Source: Syntrophales bacterium
Lineage (GTDB): Bacteria > Desulfobacterota > Syntrophia > Syntrophales > UBA2210
Reading direction: 5' to 3'
DNA: 64,000 bases
Assembly (NCBI GenBank): GCA_963662405.2
Contig: CAXXKT010000001.1
Location: forward strand, 2,528,001 to 2,592,000
The translations under genes and the position numbers were made by a program. Of this stretch, positions 1 to 12,700 are shown in pieces. Under the pieces are notes generated by a model. The model worked only from the letters and a program-made list of their open reading frames with translations, was not told the DNA's origin and ran no database searches. The first letter of the stretch is position 1. Each line of letters opens with the position of its first letter.

Positions 1-2
1 AC

Positions 3-959
3 GGGTTTGAGTCGAACGAAGGGGTGATCATCATGTCGGCCACCAATCGTCCGGATGTCCTCGATCCCGCGCTCCTCAGGCCGGGTCGATTTGACCGTCA
101 GGTGGTGGTTCCTCTCCCGGACGTCAGGGGAAGGGAAAAGATATTTGAGGTGCATGTCAAGAAGGTGCCGCTGGAAGACGCCATAGACCTGTCCGTTATC
201 GCCCGGGGGACACCCGGGTTTTCCGGAGCCGATATAGAAAATCTGGTCAACGAGGCAGCCCTGTATGCCGCGCGGCAAAATAAGGACAAGGTTTCCCTGT
301 CCGACCTGGAATTTGCCAAGGACAAGGTCTTGATGGGGACGGAACGACGGAGCATGGTCATCAGCGATGAAGAGAAGAAAAACACCGCGTACCATGAGGG
401 GGGACATGCCCTTGTCGCCAAGCTGATCCCCGGAACCGACCCGATACACAAGGTCACCATCATACCGCGGGGACGGGCCCTTGGCCTGACGCAGCAGCTG
501 CCGGTGGATGAGAAGCATGCCTATCCCAGTTCATACCTGATCAATAATATCACGATTCTCCTGGGGGGGCGTGCCGCCGAGGAACTGATCCTGAAGGATT
601 TTACGACGGGTGCGGGAAATGATATAGAGCGCGCCACGGAGATTGCCCGGAAGATGGTCTGCAACTGGGGGATGAGCAAGGTCATGGGACCGCTGACCTT
701 CGGGAAGACGGAAGAACAGGTCTTTCTCGGGAGGGAGATCGCGACCCATAAGAATTACAGTGAAAATACGGCTGAACAAATAGACGAAGAGATCTCACGC
801 ATCGTGACGGAAAACTACGAACGGGCAAAGAAGCTTCTGTCCGACAATATCGATACGCTCCACCGACTTTCCCAGTTACTCCTCGAAAAGGAGGTGCTCA
901 ACACCGAGGAAATCGATGCGATCATGGGAGGCCAAGTCGCGGAAGAGGGGCCTGAGTGA
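3..959 (+). CDS. ftsH: ATP-dependent zinc metalloprotease FtsH, C-terminal part (5' end outside window)
   Basis: SRH motif [25 protein letters not shown] zinc motif, M41 protease domain; frame open from position 3. Confidence 0.97.
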   Translation, partial: GFESNEGVIIMSATNRPDVLDPALLRPGRFDRQVVVPLPDVRGREKIFEVHVKKVPLEDAIDLSVIARGTPGFSGADIENLVNEAALYAARQNKDKVSLSDLEFAKDKVLMGTERRSMVISDEEKKNTAYHEGGHALVAKLIPGTDPIHKVTIIPRGRALGLTQQLPVDEKHAYPSSYLINNITILLGGRAAEELILKDFTTGAGNDIERATEIARKMVCNWGMSKVMGPLTFGKTEEQVFLGREIATHKNYSENTAEQIDEEISRIVTENYERAKKLLSDNIDTLHRLSQLLLEKEVLNTEEIDAIMGGQVAEEGPE

Positions 960-2149
960 GATTCCTGAACATCACCTCTCCCGCTCGGGCGGAGGAGGAA
1001 CTGAAGCGAGTCGGCGTGGACTGGCCGGGTATTGAGGCCATGCTCCCCAAGATGGGGACCGTCACGTTGCTTCTCGATGGGCTCGAATGTAAGGTTGCAA
1101 ACATCCTGAAACAGGAGATGCTGTCCATCGGCGGAGATGTCGCCGTGGCGCGTGAGTCGGTCGCCTGCGGCATCGAGCGTACCGATGCGATCCTGATCGG
1201 GACGCCGAAACAGATGGGGCGACTTGCCGATAAGCTGGCCCCGCAGCCTTTTGGTCTCAGGGGAATATCCGATGATATGAGAAGGATCCTCTCCAACGTT
1301 GCCCGGGACGCCTTTTCGCTCCGGACCCCGCGGCGTGAGATCGCTGTCGGGGCGAAGACCCTCGTTATGGGGATCGTGAATATGACCCCCGATTCCTTTT
1401 CCGACGGAGGGATGTTCGACAGCGTTGAAGAGGCAGTCGGCCACGCGCGGCGGATGGAAGAGGCCGGTGCCGACATCATCGATATCGGAGGGGAATCCTC
1501 GCGACCGGGTTCGGAGCCTGTCACTGCGGTCGAGGAGGCGGCCCGGGTTATCCCCGTGATAGAACGGCTTGTTGGTGTCTTGACTGTCCCGGTGTCGATC
1601 GACACGACAAAGGCGGTCGTTGCCCGCCATGCGCTGGAGGCCGGGGCGGAGATCGTCAATGACGTCAGCGCTCTGAGATTCGACGAAGGTATGGCCGAGG
1701 TCGTTGCGTCTTACGGGGTTCCCGTCGTCCTGATGCACATGAGGGGGCAGCCCCGAACGATGCAGGTGGGGGACCTGTCGTACCGGTCACTCATGGGCGA
1801 GATAACCGGGTTTCTTGGGGAGCGGATCGGATCGGCTGTCGCGGCGGGGGTGGACGAAGAACAAATCGTGATCGATCCCGGTATCGGTTTTGGGAAGACC
1901 ACGGCGGACAATATCGCCATCCTGAAAAATCTCAGGGAACTGAAGACCCTGGGACGGCCGATCTTGGTTGGCGCGTCGCGGAAGCGATTTATCGGTCAGA
2001 TCACCGGCCAGGATCGTGCGGAAGATCGCATCGAGGGAACGGCGGCGGGTGTTACTGCCGCCATCCTGAACGGGGCGCATATTGTGAGAGTGCACGATGT
2101 GGGTTTTATGGAACGCGTTTCCCGGATTGCTGATGAGATAGCGAGATGA
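956..2149 (+). CDS. folP: Dihydropteroate synthase with N-terminal extension
   Basis: [41 protein letters not shown] motifs; follows ftsH. Confidence 0.95.
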   Translation: MRFLNITSPARAEEELKRVGVDWPGIEAMLPKMGTVTLLLDGLECKVANILKQEMLSIGGDVAVARESVACGIERTDAILIGTPKQMGRLADKLAPQPFGLRGISDDMRRILSNVARDAFSLRTPRREIAVGAKTLVMGIVNMTPDSFSDGGMFDSVEEAVGHARRMEEAGADIIDIGGESSRPGSEPVTAVEEAARVIPVIERLVGVLTVPVSIDTTKAVVARHALEAGAEIVNDVSALRFDEGMAEVVASYGVPVVLMHMRGQPRTMQVGDLSYRSLMGEITGFLGERIGSAVAAGVDEEQIVIDPGIGFGKTTADNIAILKNLRELKTLGRPILVGASRKRFIGQITGQDRAEDRIEGTAAGVTAAILNGAHIVRVHDVGFMERVSRIADEIAR

Positions 2150-2523
2150 TACATGCCGTGGGGACGGACATCGTCGAGGTGGAGCGGATCGCGCAAATCC
2201 TGAAAAGATGGCCTGAGCGATTTGTCAGGAAGGTCTATACCCGGGAGGAAATACGGTACTGCACGGCAATGGCCTATCCCGCGCAGCATTTTGCGGCTCG
2301 CTTTGCTGCGAAAGAGGCGGCGTTCAAGGCAATGGGCCGGGGGATAGGCGGGGGCGTCGGATTGACCGATGTGGAGGTCATTACCGGTCCGGAGGGAAGA
2401 CCGGAACTGCGTTTTTATGGGAAGGCGAGAGAAATAGCGGACAGGACCGGCATAACGGAGAGACACATCAGCCTTTCCCATACCGACCGATATGCCGTAG
2501 CTGTTATTGTCCTCGAGAAGTAG
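2146..2523 (+). CDS. acpS: Holo-[acyl-carrier-protein] synthase
   Basis: GTDIVEVERI, FAAKEAAFKA, ISLSHT motifs. Confidence 0.95.
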   Translation: MIHAVGTDIVEVERIAQILKRWPERFVRKVYTREEIRYCTAMAYPAQHFAARFAAKEAAFKAMGRGIGGGVGLTDVEVITGPEGRPELRFYGKAREIADRTGITERHISLSHTDRYAVAVIVLEK

Positions 2524-2526
2524 TGG

Positions 2527-2997
2527 ATGACAACTGTTGATTTGATTTCGAACAGCCCCGGCGAGACGCTGGAGATCGGAAGGGTTATCGGAGAACACCT
2601 GACCGGCGGGCAGGTCGTGGCCTTGACGGGCGAACTGGGGGCGGGGAAGACCTGCCTGACCCAGGGGATCGCCCGTGGTTTGGGAATTCCCGAGAGGGAG
2701 TATATCACCAGTCCCACCTTCACGCTGATCAATGAGTATCACGGGCGAATTCCCCTGTATCACATGGATGTATATCGGCTGTCCGGTTCTTGTGATATGG
2801 AAGATATGGGGTATACGGAGTATTTTTACGGAAAGGGGGCCGTCGTGATCGAATGGGCCGAGAAGGTTGCCGATATCCTTCCCGCCGGTGTCGTGATGAT
2901 CAATCTGGAATATGGCGACGAGACCACAAGGAAACTCAAGATTTCATGTGAATCGAATGTGCCTTGTGTCGAAATGTTGAAAGAGAGAGGAGCTTGA
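2527..2997 (+). CDS. tsaE: tRNA threonylcarbamoyladenosine biosynthesis ATPase TsaE
   Basis: GELGAGKT, SPTFTLINEY, HMDVYRL, IEWAE motifs. Confidence 0.95.
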   Translation: MTTVDLISNSPGETLEIGRVIGEHLTGGQVVALTGELGAGKTCLTQGIARGLGIPEREYITSPTFTLINEYHGRIPLYHMDVYRLSGSCDMEDMGYTEYFYGKGAVVIEWAEKVADILPAGVVMINLEYGDETTRKLKISCESNVPCVEMLKERGA

Positions 2998-3000
2998 TAG

Positions 3001-4224
3001 GTGGCAGTAATTGTGCAGAAGTATGGCGGCACCTCCGTGGCCGACCTTGAAAAGATTCAGGCTATCGCACGGAGAGTGGCGAGGACCAGGGAAGACGGAA
3101 ACGACATGGTGGTTGTCCTCTCGGCCATGGCGGGCGAGACTGACCGGCTTGTGCAACTGGCAAGCAAGGCCGCCGGGGGAGATCCGGACTGGCGTGAATA
3201 CGATGTGATCGTCTCTTCGGGAGAACAGGTAACGATTTCGCTCCTGGCGATTATGCTCAACAAGATGGGATGCGAGGCCGTATCTCTCCTGGGTGACCAG
3301 GTGCGGATACTGACCGACACGGCCCACGGCAGTGCAAAGATACTCGATGTCGAAACCGAACGGATAGCAAACGAACTGAAACGGGGACGGATAGTCGTTG
3401 TAGCCGGCTTTCAGGGGGTCGACAGCCAAGGAAATATCACCACGCTGGGGAGAGGCGGCTCGGATACGACCGCCGTGGCCATCGCGGCCGCGCTCAAGGC
3501 CGATTTTTGTGAGATATTTACCGATGTGGATGGAGTTTATACGACGGACCCCTATGTATGTAATACGGCGAGAAAACTGAAGAAGATATCGTACGATGAG
3601 ATGCTGAGCCTGGCGGGTGCGGGGGCGAAGGTTCTGCATCACCGCTCGGTCGAACTGGCCAAGGCATTTGAAGTCCCGGTGTATGTACGGTCTTCTTTCA
3701 GCGAGGATAGTGGAACATTGGTTACCAAGGAGGATGAAGAGATGGAACGAGGGCTTATCACAGGTGTGGCGTATGACAGAGATCAGGCGAAGGTGACGGT
3801 GGTCCATGTGCCGGACAGACCGGGCATTGCCTCTCAGGTCTTTACCCCCCTGTCAGATCATAATATCGTGGTCGACATGATTATCCAGAATGCGAGCAGC
3901 GAGGGGTATACCGACCTGACCTTCACCGTCTCTCGGAAGAATATCGAAGAGGCCCGGGCCCTTCTTGACGCAGCCGCACAGGAGATGGGTGCCTTGCGGG
4001 TGGAATATGATCAGAATATCTCCAAGGTCTCCATCGTCGGCGTCGGCATGCAGAGTCAGTCGGGTGTTGCGGCGATGATGTTCGAGGCGCTTGCCAAGGA
4101 CGGGATCAATATCTTGATGATCAGCACCTCCGAGATCAAGATATCGTGTGTTATAGAGGCGAAATATACCGAACTGGCCGTCAGGGTCCTGCATGATGTC
4201 TTTGGTTTGGAGCAGGAGCCGTGA
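3001..4224 (+). CDS. lysC: Aspartate kinase
   Basis: VQKYGGTSV, TTLGRGGSDTTA, two ACT domains; GTG start. Confidence 0.96.
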   Translation: MAVIVQKYGGTSVADLEKIQAIARRVARTREDGNDMVVVLSAMAGETDRLVQLASKAAGGDPDWREYDVIVSSGEQVTISLLAIMLNKMGCEAVSLLGDQVRILTDTAHGSAKILDVETERIANELKRGRIVVVAGFQGVDSQGNITTLGRGGSDTTAVAIAAALKADFCEIFTDVDGVYTTDPYVCNTARKLKKISYDEMLSLAGAGAKVLHHRSVELAKAFEVPVYVRSSFSEDSGTLVTKEDEEMERGLITGVAYDRDQAKVTVVHVPDRPGIASQVFTPLSDHNIVVDMIIQNASSEGYTDLTFTVSRKNIEEARALLDAAAQEMGALRVEYDQNISKVSIVGVGMQSQSGVAAMMFEALAKDGINILMISTSEIKISCVIEAKYTELAVRVLHDVFGLEQEP

Positions 4225-4241
4225 ACGATATGTGAGGTCCC

Positions 4242-4814
4242 ATGAAGGGGAGACAACTCTGCGGGGCAATGGGAATCGTGATCATGGCGGTTTCCCTCTA
4301 TATCGCCCGGGATCTTCTCCGGTATGCGCAATCTCCGGGGGAAGTTGTCGTTTCGTCTCGGTGGGAGGAGATGGGAATCGTGGTTGAGCTTGCCGGCGAT
4401 CCTGATCATGCCGGGATCTATTTTCTTCCCGAGGCATCGACGCTCGGCCATCTTCTCCAGAAGGCGGGAGCCGACGATGTCGTCAGCTTCGCCGGGAGCA
4501 CCCTTGCTGAGGTGGTCCGTGCCGGCGACCGGGTCACCTGTGACACGACCCGCCATCGGGTCACCATCGGTGATATGTCGGTCGCTACCCGGCTGGCCCT
4601 CGATATGCCGATCGATCTCAACGGGGCGACGCGTGAAGAACTGATGCTTATCCCCGGAATCGGACCCCATACGGCGGGGATGATCGTCGAGCTCAGGGAA
4701 AGAAGAAAAACCTTCTTCCGGGTGGAGGAATTGGAAGAAATCCCCGGGATGGGAAAGAAACGATATAACGGAATACGGGAATATCTGTACGTTCAGGAGC
4801 CTACTTGTTCTTGA
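4242..4814 (+). CDS. comEA: ComEA-family helix-hairpin-helix DNA-binding protein
   Basis: N-terminal TM segment, SLBB-like region, [18 protein letters not shown] and IPGMGKK HhH motifs. Confidence 0.8.
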   Translation: MKGRQLCGAMGIVIMAVSLYIARDLLRYAQSPGEVVVSSRWEEMGIVVELAGDPDHAGIYFLPEASTLGHLLQKAGADDVVSFAGSTLAEVVRAGDRVTCDTTRHRVTIGDMSVATRLALDMPIDLNGATREELMLIPGIGPHTAGMIVELRERRKTFFRVEELEEIPGMGKKRYNGIREYLYVQEPTCS

Positions 4815-4850
4815 CAGAGATAAGCGATAGTGATATCTGAGCGGGAAAGT

Positions 4851-4927
<77 letters not shown>

Positions 4928-4943
4928 TTTTTTTGTAGTAAGG

Positions 4944-4968
4944 AAAACCGCCGTTACCGGCGGTTTTT
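4944..4968 (+). terminator. Intrinsic terminator after tRNA-Pro
   Basis: AAAACCGCCG-TTAC-CGGCGGTTTTT hairpin with U-tract. Confidence 0.8.
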
Positions 4969-5013
4969 GTTTGAGGCGGATGTTGATGCCGTATTCGGCG
5001 GCGCTAATCACAG

Positions 5014-5042
5014 TTGACAATCGGACTTGCGATTACTACTAT
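5014..5042 (+). promoter_or_regulatory. sigma70 promoter for tRNA-Leu/tig operon
   Basis: TTGACA-17 bp-TACTAT. Confidence 0.7.
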
Positions 5043-5061
5043 AGCAATACTCTTGTAGAAT

Positions 5062-5148
5062 GCGAGAGTGGCGGAACTGGAAGACGCACTGGACTTAGGA
5101 TCCAGCCCGCGAAAGCGGATAGGGGTTCAACTCCCCTCTCTCGCACCA
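5062..5148 (+). tRNA. tRNA-Leu(TAG)
   Basis: Anticodon arm CTGGA-CTTAGGA-TCCAG, long variable arm CCGC-GAAA-GCGG, CCA end; typical position before tig. Confidence 0.97.
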
Positions 5149-5215
5149 TGCCCAAGGGAAAGCCGGGTGCTGGTTCGTATCGCGAGTTCCTCAACATCTA
5201 TAAAGGAGAAGGTGA

Positions 5216-6538
5216 GTGGACACTAACGTAACCATAGAAGATGTCAATCCGGTTCAGAAGAAGTTATCTTTCGAGGTGTCGTGGGAAGACGTAAAGCAGG
5301 AGCTCGATTCTATATACAAGACGGTGGGAAAGAGCGCGAAGATCAGGGGATTCAGACCGGGGAAGGCCCCCCGGGCTGTTCTCGAAGCGCACCATGGAGA
5401 ACGGGTCGAAGAGGAAACGATATCGAATCTGATCACCCGGCGCTATAGCGAGGCCGTCGAGGAACATAACCTGGAGGTCGTCGCGCAGCCGGTTATCGAT
5501 CAAAAAGGGATTACGAAAGGCGAGAGTTTTCTCTTTACCGCGACCGTTGAGATCCAACCGAACGTTGAGCCCCGGGACTATACCGGTCTTGTCCTGGAAA
5601 AGGAAAAACTATCCGTTCTCAAGGCGGATGTCGATGAACGTCTCAGCCAGATACAGCAGATGTATGCAACCCTTGAAGATGCAAATGATGACCGAGCCCT
5701 TGCCAACGACGATTTCGCCATGATCGATTTTGCCGGAACGCTCGATGGTGAGGCCCGCAAAGAGCTTGAAGCCCAAGACTACACGCTCCAGATCGGTTCC
5801 GGCAGCTTCGTCCCCGGTTTCGAGGAACAATTGATCGGAATGAAGAAGGGGGAGACAAAGGATATCACGGTCACCTTCCCCGAGACGTACGATGCGAAGG
5901 ATATCGCCGGGAAAGAGGTATCCTTTTCCGTGACCCTGAAGAATGTTCGCGAAAAGGTTCTGCCGAAGCTGGACGAGGAGTTTATCAAGAATTTCGAAAA
6001 ATACGAATCCCTGAAGGACCTGAAGGACGATGTGAAGAAGTCGCTCCAGGAAGAGGGAGAGAGCCGGATCAAGACCCAACTGAGAGGCTCGATTGTCGAC
6101 AAGCTCCTGGAGAGAAACGAATTCGAGGTTCCCTCCGCCTGGGTGGAACGGCAGATCTATACCATGATGCTCGATACGCGCCAGAAAATGGTACAGAACG
6201 GGATGCCGGACGATAAGGCCGCCGAGTTTTCATACGGGATGCATGACCGGTTCAAGGAACAGGCCGCAAAGATGGTCAAGGCGTCCTTTATCCTGAACAA
6301 GATTGCACAGAAGGAGTCGATCGACGTCACCGATGAGGAAATCGAGGAAAAGCTGAAGGAAATTGCTCAGCGGTACGGACAGGACTACGAGAGCGTCAAG
6401 GGCGTCTATGATGAAAATGGAATGAAAGAGCGGCTCAAGGATGATATGGTCGAGCAGAAGACCCTCGATTTTATCGAAGAGAAGGCGACGGTAACCGCCG
6501 TCAAAAAATCGAAGAAGGAAGCAAAAGGAGAAGAATGA
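5216..6538 (+). CDS. tig: Trigger factor
   Basis: GFRPGKAP ribosome-binding motif, FKBP domain; upstream of clpP. Confidence 0.96.
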   Translation: MDTNVTIEDVNPVQKKLSFEVSWEDVKQELDSIYKTVGKSAKIRGFRPGKAPRAVLEAHHGERVEEETISNLITRRYSEAVEEHNLEVVAQPVIDQKGITKGESFLFTATVEIQPNVEPRDYTGLVLEKEKLSVLKADVDERLSQIQQMYATLEDANDDRALANDDFAMIDFAGTLDGEARKELEAQDYTLQIGSGSFVPGFEEQLIGMKKGETKDITVTFPETYDAKDIAGKEVSFSVTLKNVREKVLPKLDEEFIKNFEKYESLKDLKDDVKKSLQEEGESRIKTQLRGSIVDKLLERNEFEVPSAWVERQIYTMMLDTRQKMVQNGMPDDKAAEFSYGMHDRFKEQAAKMVKASFILNKIAQKESIDVTDEEIEEKLKEIAQRYGQDYESVKGVYDENGMKERLKDDMVEQKTLDFIEEKATVTAVKKSKKEAKGEE

Positions 6539-7125
6539 TGCCGCTCATCCCGATGGTCATTGAACAGGACGGCAGGGGGGAACGATCCTTCGACATCTAT
6601 TCCCGACTCCTGAAGGACCGGATCATCTTTCTCGGGTCGGCAATCGATGATGATGTGGCGAACCTCGTGATTGCCCAGATGCTGTTTCTGGAATCGGAGG
6701 ATCCGGATCGGGAGATATTCTTCTACCTGAATACGCCCGGCGGTGTGGTCAGCGCCGGTCTGGCGATCTATGATACGATGCAGTATATCCGTTCCGCCGT
6801 TCACACGATCTGCATGGGTCAGGCGGCGAGTATGGGCGCTCTTCTCCTGACGGCGGGGGAACCGGGAAAGAGGAGTGCTTTGCCCAACTCCCGGATCGTT
6901 ATTCACCAGCCTCTTGGCGGGTCGCAGGGACAGGCAACCGATATCGGGATCCAGGCCAAAGAAATATTGCGACTAAAAAAAGATCTTAACGGCATCCTGG
7001 CCCGGCATACCGGTCAGACCTTTGAAAAGGTTGAAAGAGATACCGAGAGAGATTATTATATGACAAGCAACCAGGCTAAAGAATATGGCATAATTGACGA
7101 AATAATTATAGAACGAAAAAAGTGA
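6535..7125 (+). CDS. clpP: ATP-dependent Clp protease proteolytic subunit
   Basis: [28 protein letters not shown] motifs. Confidence 0.98.
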   Translation: MMPLIPMVIEQDGRGERSFDIYSRLLKDRIIFLGSAIDDDVANLVIAQMLFLESEDPDREIFFYLNTPGGVVSAGLAIYDTMQYIRSAVHTICMGQAASMGALLLTAGEPGKRSALPNSRIVIHQPLGGSQGQATDIGIQAKEILRLKKDLNGILARHTGQTFEKVERDTERDYYMTSNQAKEYGIIDEIIIERKK

Positions 7126-7138
7126 GGGGAACGGTTCA

Positions 7139-8419
7139 ATGGGTAAAACTCCTGATAACGGCGAGCGGGATCTGCTTTTTTGCTCATTTTGCGGGAAGAC
7201 GCAGAATGAGGTCAAGAAGCTGGTCGCCGGTCCAACCGCTTACATCTGTGACGAATGCATAGAGTTGTGTCGGTGCATCGTCGAAGAAGACGGAAAGCGG
7301 GATATCAGAGATGTCAAGGAAGATATCCCCGAGCCCAAGGATATAAAGAAATTTCTTGATCAGTATGTAGTCGGGCAGGAACGGTCGAAAAAGATCCTTT
7401 CCGTCGCCGTGTATAATCACTACAAGAGGCTTTTTTCCGGGGTCGAGATGAACGACGTCGAGCTTCAGAAGAGCAATATCCTCCTGATCGGTCCGACCGG
7501 TTCGGGGAAGACGCTCCTGGCGCGTACTCTTGCTCGGATGCTTGATGTCCCTTTTGCCATTGCCGACGCCACGACCCTGACCGAGGCAGGATATGTTGGG
7601 GAGGACGTTGAAAACATCATCTTGAGTCTTCTCCAGAATGCAAATTATGATGTGCAGCGGGCTTCACACGGGATCGTCTATGTCGATGAGATCGACAAGA
7701 TATCGAAGAAATCAGGGAACCCCTCTATTACCCGGGATGTGTCCGGCGAGGGGGTTCAGCAGGCCCTCCTGAAGATCATTGAGGGGACCCTGGCGAACGT
7801 GCCTCCCAAGGGGGGGCGAAAGCACCCGCAACAGGAATTTATACAGGTTGATACTACCAATATCCTGTTCATCTGTGGTGGGGCGTTCAACGGCCTGGAA
7901 GATATTATTGAAAAGAGACTGAACGTCAGTTCCATGGGGTTCGGGGCCGATATCAAAAGCAGGAAGGAACAGAATGTCGGCGAGATCCTTTCCGATGTCA
8001 GGCCCGAAGATCTCCTGAAGTACGGTTTGATTCCGGAGTTTGTGGGGAGGCTTCCGGTTATCGGAACCCTCTATGATCTCATTGACGAGGACTTGGTGAG
8101 GATACTCGTCGAACCCAAGAATTCCATGGTGAAGCAGTACAAAAAGATGTTTGAGATAGAGGGGGTCAAGTTGACCTTTACCGATGAAGCCCTGAGGGCC
8201 ATAGCCAAATTGTCCGCGGAGCGTAAGTCGGGTGCGAGGGGACTTCAGGCCATTATGGAGGATACCATGCTGGACATCATGTATGAGATCCCTTCACGGA
8301 ATGATATACGTGAATGCCTGATCAATGAGGATGTGGTCTTAAGTAAAGAGAAACCGATCCTGCTCTACGAAACTATCTCCGAGGATGGGGAAGGGGACGA
8401 GCAGGAAAAAACGGGATAG
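7139..8419 (+). CDS. clpX: Clp protease ATP-binding subunit ClpX
   Basis: CSFCGK zinc finger, [22 protein letters not shown]. Confidence 0.98.
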   Translation: MGKTPDNGERDLLFCSFCGKTQNEVKKLVAGPTAYICDECIELCRCIVEEDGKRDIRDVKEDIPEPKDIKKFLDQYVVGQERSKKILSVAVYNHYKRLFSGVEMNDVELQKSNILLIGPTGSGKTLLARTLARMLDVPFAIADATTLTEAGYVGEDVENIILSLLQNANYDVQRASHGIVYVDEIDKISKKSGNPSITRDVSGEGVQQALLKIIEGTLANVPPKGGRKHPQQEFIQVDTTNILFICGGAFNGLEDIIEKRLNVSSMGFGADIKSRKEQNVGEILSDVRPEDLLKYGLIPEFVGRLPVIGTLYDLIDEDLVRILVEPKNSMVKQYKKMFEIEGVKLTFTDEALRAIAKLSAERKSGARGLQAIMEDTMLDIMYEIPSRNDIRECLINEDVVLSKEKPILLYETISEDGEGDEQEKTG

Positions 8420-8433
8420 TAGAGATATAACAT

Positions 8434-10860
8434 ATGTTTGATTTTAAATTAACAAATGAAGAGATACCGGGGAGCGTACTGCCGATGCCGCTCTTGCCTC
8501 TGCGGGACGTGGTCGTTTTCCCCTATATGATCGTACCTCTTTTTGTCGGTCGGGAAAAGTCGATCAATGCCTTGGAATATGCCATGCAGCATGACAAGGA
8601 GATATTTCTTGCCGCCCAGAAGAGTGCCGAGATTGATGATCCGACGCAGGAAGACGTCTATATGACCGGGACCATCGGGAACATCATACAGTTGCTTCGT
8701 CTCCCGGACGGGACGGTAAAGGCCCTGGTCGAGGGCATCCGAAGGGGCTTTATCAAACGCTATATCAACAATGACGACTTCTTTATGGTTGATATCGAGG
8801 AGCTTGATGAACAGAAGGCCCCTGGGGCGGATGCCGAGCTTGAGGCGTTGCTACGGAATATCACGGACGCCTTTGCGAAGTACGCGAAGATCAGCCGGAA
8901 GGTACCCTCCGAACTTTTGGGCTCTTTGTCCTCAACAGACAATCCGTCAAAACTGGCCGATACCGTCGCCGCACACCTGTACGTGAAGCTGGAAGAGCGG
9001 CAGAAGGTGCTCGAGACGGCGGACGTTATTGAAAGGCTTGAAAAAATATACGCCCTGATGGTGGCCGAGATCGAGATCCTGGAGGTTGAGGGGCGGATCA
9101 GAAAACGGGTCAAGTCCCAGATGGAAAAGACCCAGAAGGATTACTACCTGAATGAGCAGATGCGGGCCATCCAGAAGGAGATGGGGGAAGACGACAGTTT
9201 CAAGGCCGAGATACGGGAGCTGGAGAAGAAGCTGAAGGAGAAGCGGCTGACCGAGGAGGCCTACCAGAAGGTCAAGCAGGAAATAAAAAAACTGAAGATG
9301 ATGTCTCCCATGTCCGCGGAGGCGACCGTTGTGAGGAACTATGTGGACTGGATACTGGCTCTCCCCTGGTTTGAAAAGACGAAGGACGAAACGGAGCTGA
9401 AGGAATCCGAGGCGATCTTGGAAGAGGACCATTACGGTCTGAAGGAGGTCAAGGAACGGATCCTTGAATACCTGGCCGTCCAGACCCTCTCCACCAAGAA
9501 GAAGGGCTCTATCCTCTGCCTCGTCGGTCCTCCGGGGGTGGGAAAGACCTCCATTGCAAAGTCGATTGCCCGAGCTACCAACAGGAAATTTATCCGTTTG
9601 TCGCTCGGCGGCTTGCGGGATGAAGCCGAGATCCGCGGCCACCGGAGGACCTATATCGGGGCGATGCCCGGGAAGATCATTCAGCTTCTAAAAAAGGCCG
9701 GTTCGAGCAATCCTGTCTTCTGCCTCGATGAAATTGACAAACTCAGTTCCGACTTCAGAGGTGACCCCGCGTCGGCCCTTCTGGAGGTGCTTGATCCGGA
9801 GCAGAATATCGCCTTCAATGACAACTATCTCGAGGTTGATTATGACCTGTCCGATATCATGTTCATCACCACGGCCAATGTACTCCAGACAATTCCGGCC
9901 GCCCTTCAGGACCGGACCGAGGTGATCAGGATCGCGGGGTACACCGAACCCGAGAAGTTGAACATCGCGCAGAAATACCTTGTTGCGAAGGAAATCGAAG
10001 CAAACGGTTTGACCGACGAGGATATTACCTTTACCGATGGGTCGTTGCTGACGATCATACGGCAATACACGCGGGAGGCCGGGGTGCGGAACCTGGAAAG
10101 GGAGATTGCCTCGGTATGCAGAAAGGTGGCCCGGAAGATCGTTACCGAAGGGAAGACCAAGACCATCCGTGTGGGGGCAAAATCCGTTGAGAAGTATCTC
10201 GGCGTGCCGAAGTACCGGTTCGGTGAGATCGAGGATAAAGACCGCGTGGGGTTGACGGTCGGTCTCGCGTGGACGGAGGTCGGCGGGGAGCTGTTAACGA
10301 TCGAGTCGTCTATTATGCCGGGAACCGGGAAACTGACCCTGACGGGGAAACTGGGAGACGTGATGCAGGAATCGGCCCAGGCAGCACTGACCTATGTCAG
10401 ATCGCGGGCGGAGATCCTGGGACTGGAGGAAAACTTCTACAAGGAACTGGATATCCATGTCCACGTCCCTGAAGGGGCCATCCCGAAGGATGGACCGTCT
10501 GCCGGTATCGCCATGGCCACGTCCATCGCATCAGCACTTCTGAAGAGAACGGTCCGAAGCGATCTCGCGATGACGGGAGAGATTACCCTCCGAGGGAGGG
10601 TTCTTCCCATCGGCGGGCTGAAGGAGAAATTGTTGGCAGCCCATCGCGGGCACATCAAGACCGCGATCATACCGATCGAGAATAAAAAGGATCTTGCCAA
10701 TATCCCTGCCAATGTCCTGCGGGAGGTCGAGGTAATCCTGGTGGAAAACGTGGATGATGTTCTTGCGCGGGCGTTTACACCTGGCGATACTTCGGAGCTT
10801 GAGTATCGAGGCGGAGTGAAATCCGCGACCCGAGAGGAAACAATACGCATCAATGCGTAA
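8434..10860 (+). CDS. lon: Endopeptidase La (Lon)
   Basis: [11 protein letters not shown]-domain, [17 protein letters not shown] catalytic motif. Confidence 0.98.
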   Translation: MFDFKLTNEEIPGSVLPMPLLPLRDVVVFPYMIVPLFVGREKSINALEYAMQHDKEIFLAAQKSAEIDDPTQEDVYMTGTIGNIIQLLRLPDGTVKALVEGIRRGFIKRYINNDDFFMVDIEELDEQKAPGADAELEALLRNITDAFAKYAKISRKVPSELLGSLSSTDNPSKLADTVAAHLYVKLEERQKVLETADVIERLEKIYALMVAEIEILEVEGRIRKRVKSQMEKTQKDYYLNEQMRAIQKEMGEDDSFKAEIRELEKKLKEKRLTEEAYQKVKQEIKKLKMMSPMSAEATVVRNYVDWILALPWFEKTKDETELKESEAILEEDHYGLKEVKERILEYLAVQTLSTKKKGSILCLVGPPGVGKTSIAKSIARATNRKFIRLSLGGLRDEAEIRGHRRTYIGAMPGKIIQLLKKAGSSNPVFCLDEIDKLSSDFRGDPASALLEVLDPEQNIAFNDNYLEVDYDLSDIMFITTANVLQTIPAALQDRTEVIRIAGYTEPEKLNIAQKYLVAKEIEANGLTDEDITFTDGSLLTIIRQYTREAGVRNLEREIASVCRKVARKIVTEGKTKTIRVGAKSVEKYLGVPKYRFGEIEDKDRVGLTVGLAWTEVGGELLTIESSIMPGTGKLTLTGKLGDVMQESAQAALTYVRSRAEILGLEENFYKELDIHVHVPEGAIPKDGPSAGIAMATSIASALLKRTVRSDLAMTGEITLRGRVLPIGGLKEKLLAAHRGHIKTAIIPIENKKDLANIPANVLREVEVILVENVDDVLARAFTPGDTSELEYRGGVKSATREETIRINA

Positions 10861-10928
10861 ATAGTACTTGACAGGGGACCTTTTTTTGATTAGGTTCCCA
10901 GCTTCGGTTACAGGGTGTTGAACGTTAT

Positions 10929-11004
10929 GGGCGGGTAGCTCAGCTGGGAGAGCGCCACGTTTACACCGTGGATGTCACAGGTTCAAGTCCTGTTCCGCCT
11001 ACCA
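10929..11004 (+). tRNA. tRNA-Val(TAC)
   Basis: Anticodon arm CCACG-TTTACAC-CGTGG; CCA end; TTGACA-17-TAGGTT promoter at 10868-10896. Confidence 0.97.
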
Positions 11005-11011
11005 TATATGC

Positions 11012-11088
<77 letters not shown>

Positions 11089-11096
11089 GAAAACAC

Positions 11097-11131
11097 GAGG
11101 GGTACGGTCTGTATGACCGACCCCTCTTTTT
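11097..11131 (+). terminator. Intrinsic terminator after tRNA-Val/Asp
   Basis: GAGGGGT(A)CGGTC-loop-GACCGACCCCTC followed by TTTTT. Confidence 0.8.
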
Positions 11132-11301
11132 GCTCTATGCCGAGAGCTGAAGTCTGAGAGAATCATTCCTTCACTCCATTCCAAGTCTCCCCACAAAATC
11201 TCTCGACAATATAGCATGATAGCGTTAACTGCCTGGCAGTTTTCATGTTGTGATATCTTTTGCTTGGTACGGCGGAAGTCAAAGGAAGGGATTATGGCCT
11301 G

Positions 11302-11354
11302 ATCATCAAAGCCCTGTTTCTTAAAACGAGAGACAGGGCTTTTGTTTTGGATGG
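11302..11354 (+). repeat. Leader hairpin element, copy 1 (AAAAC loop, U-tract)
   Basis: ATCATC-AAAGCCCTGTTTCTT-AAAAC-GAGAGACAGGGCTTTT-GTTTTGGATGG; diverged copy at 12882-12935. Confidence 0.65.
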
Positions 11355-11548
11355 CCGGTTGCATGAACGGGAAAGAGCTGACGATATTTTTCCAAGTCTA
11401 CCGGTTTTGCCGGTGATTAGAGCGATACATAAAGAATGAAATGAAAACATACGTTTTCATTTGACATTATATTACGTATCGATTACATGTAAGTGCGTAA
11501 GTATCTCTTATTAAACAGGTAGCACGTATAATTACAGAGAGGCTTCCG

Positions 11549-12700
11549 ATGAGTGATACATCGAAAAACAATGCCGGATCCATTCAAGAAATACAAACCT
11601 TACGGCGGAGAATCCGTGAACTCGAACAATCGGTAGAAGCGCTCAAGCACATAGAAGAAGACCTGCGGGAGAGTGAAACAAAGTACCGGTTTCTCACAGA
11701 GAACATGGCTGACGTATCATTTACGGTTGATCTGGATTTACGAACAACCTATGTGAGCCCTTCCATTGAAAAAGTCCTGGGGTTTACCCCCGAAGAAAGA
11801 AGATCTCAAAAAGTCGAAGAACAGTTGACCCCTCAGGCCTTACAGTTGGCCTTCGATATAATGGCGGAGGAAACAAAGCAAGAAGAGGCAGAGGAAGCGG
11901 ATCCCGATCGTTCCCGAACCCTGATTCTGGATTATTATCACAAAGACGGATCCATAAAGATCCTTGAGACGAACCTCCGTGGTATCCGTGAAAAAGATGG
12001 AACGTTGAAGGGCTTCTATGGATTGTCGAGAGACATTACCGATCGGAAAAGGGCAGATGAGGAACGGAAGAAAAATCTCGAACATCTCAGAAAGGCACTG
12101 GGAACCACGATTCAGATCGTTGTATCTCTCACGGAAGCACGAGATGCGTACACCGCGGGACACCAGCAACGAGTTGCAAACCTTGCGCGTGCCATTGCCA
12201 GTGAAATGGGCTTGCCCCGAAATACGATCGAAGGTATCAGAATCGCCGCTTCAATCCATGATATCGGCAAGATGTCCGTTCCCATTGACATACTGGCAAA
12301 GCCGGCAAAATTGACAGAGGCTGAGTTCGGGCTGATCAAAGAACACCCGGGGAAGGGCTACGAAATTATCAAGGATGTGGATTCCCCGTGGCCGCTCGCC
12401 GAGATTGTGTACCAGCATCATGAACGAGTGAACGGTTCCGGGTATCCCCTGGGCTTGGAGGGAGAAGACATCCTTCTGGAAGCACGAATCATAGGAGTAG
12501 CCGATGTGATAGAGGCAATGGCTTCACACCGGCCCTACAGGCCTGCGTTGGGAATTAATGTGGCCCTCCAGGAAATAGAAGAGAACAGCGGTATTCTGTA
12601 TGATCCAGATGTCGCGGCGGCCTGTCTTAAGATTTTCAGAGAGAAGGGGTTTGTCCTATCCGAGGACAATATGGCATGGAGTATCGTTGGAGAAGGATGA
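11549..12700 (+). CDS. PAS domain HD-GYP c-di-GMP phosphodiesterase
   Basis: PAS/PAC (RDITDRK), HDIGK, HHERVNGSGYP motifs. Confidence 0.92.
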   Translation: MSDTSKNNAGSIQEIQTLRRRIRELEQSVEALKHIEEDLRESETKYRFLTENMADVSFTVDLDLRTTYVSPSIEKVLGFTPEERRSQKVEEQLTPQALQLAFDIMAEETKQEEAEEADPDRSRTLILDYYHKDGSIKILETNLRGIREKDGTLKGFYGLSRDITDRKRADEERKKNLEHLRKALGTTIQIVVSLTEARDAYTAGHQQRVANLARAIASEMGLPRNTIEGIRIAASIHDIGKMSVPIDILAKPAKLTEAEFGLIKEHPGKGYEIIKDVDSPWPLAEIVYQHHERVNGSGYPLGLEGEDILLEARIIGVADVIEAMASHRPYRPALGINVALQEIEENSGILYDPDVAAACLKIFREKGFVLSEDNMAWSIVGEG

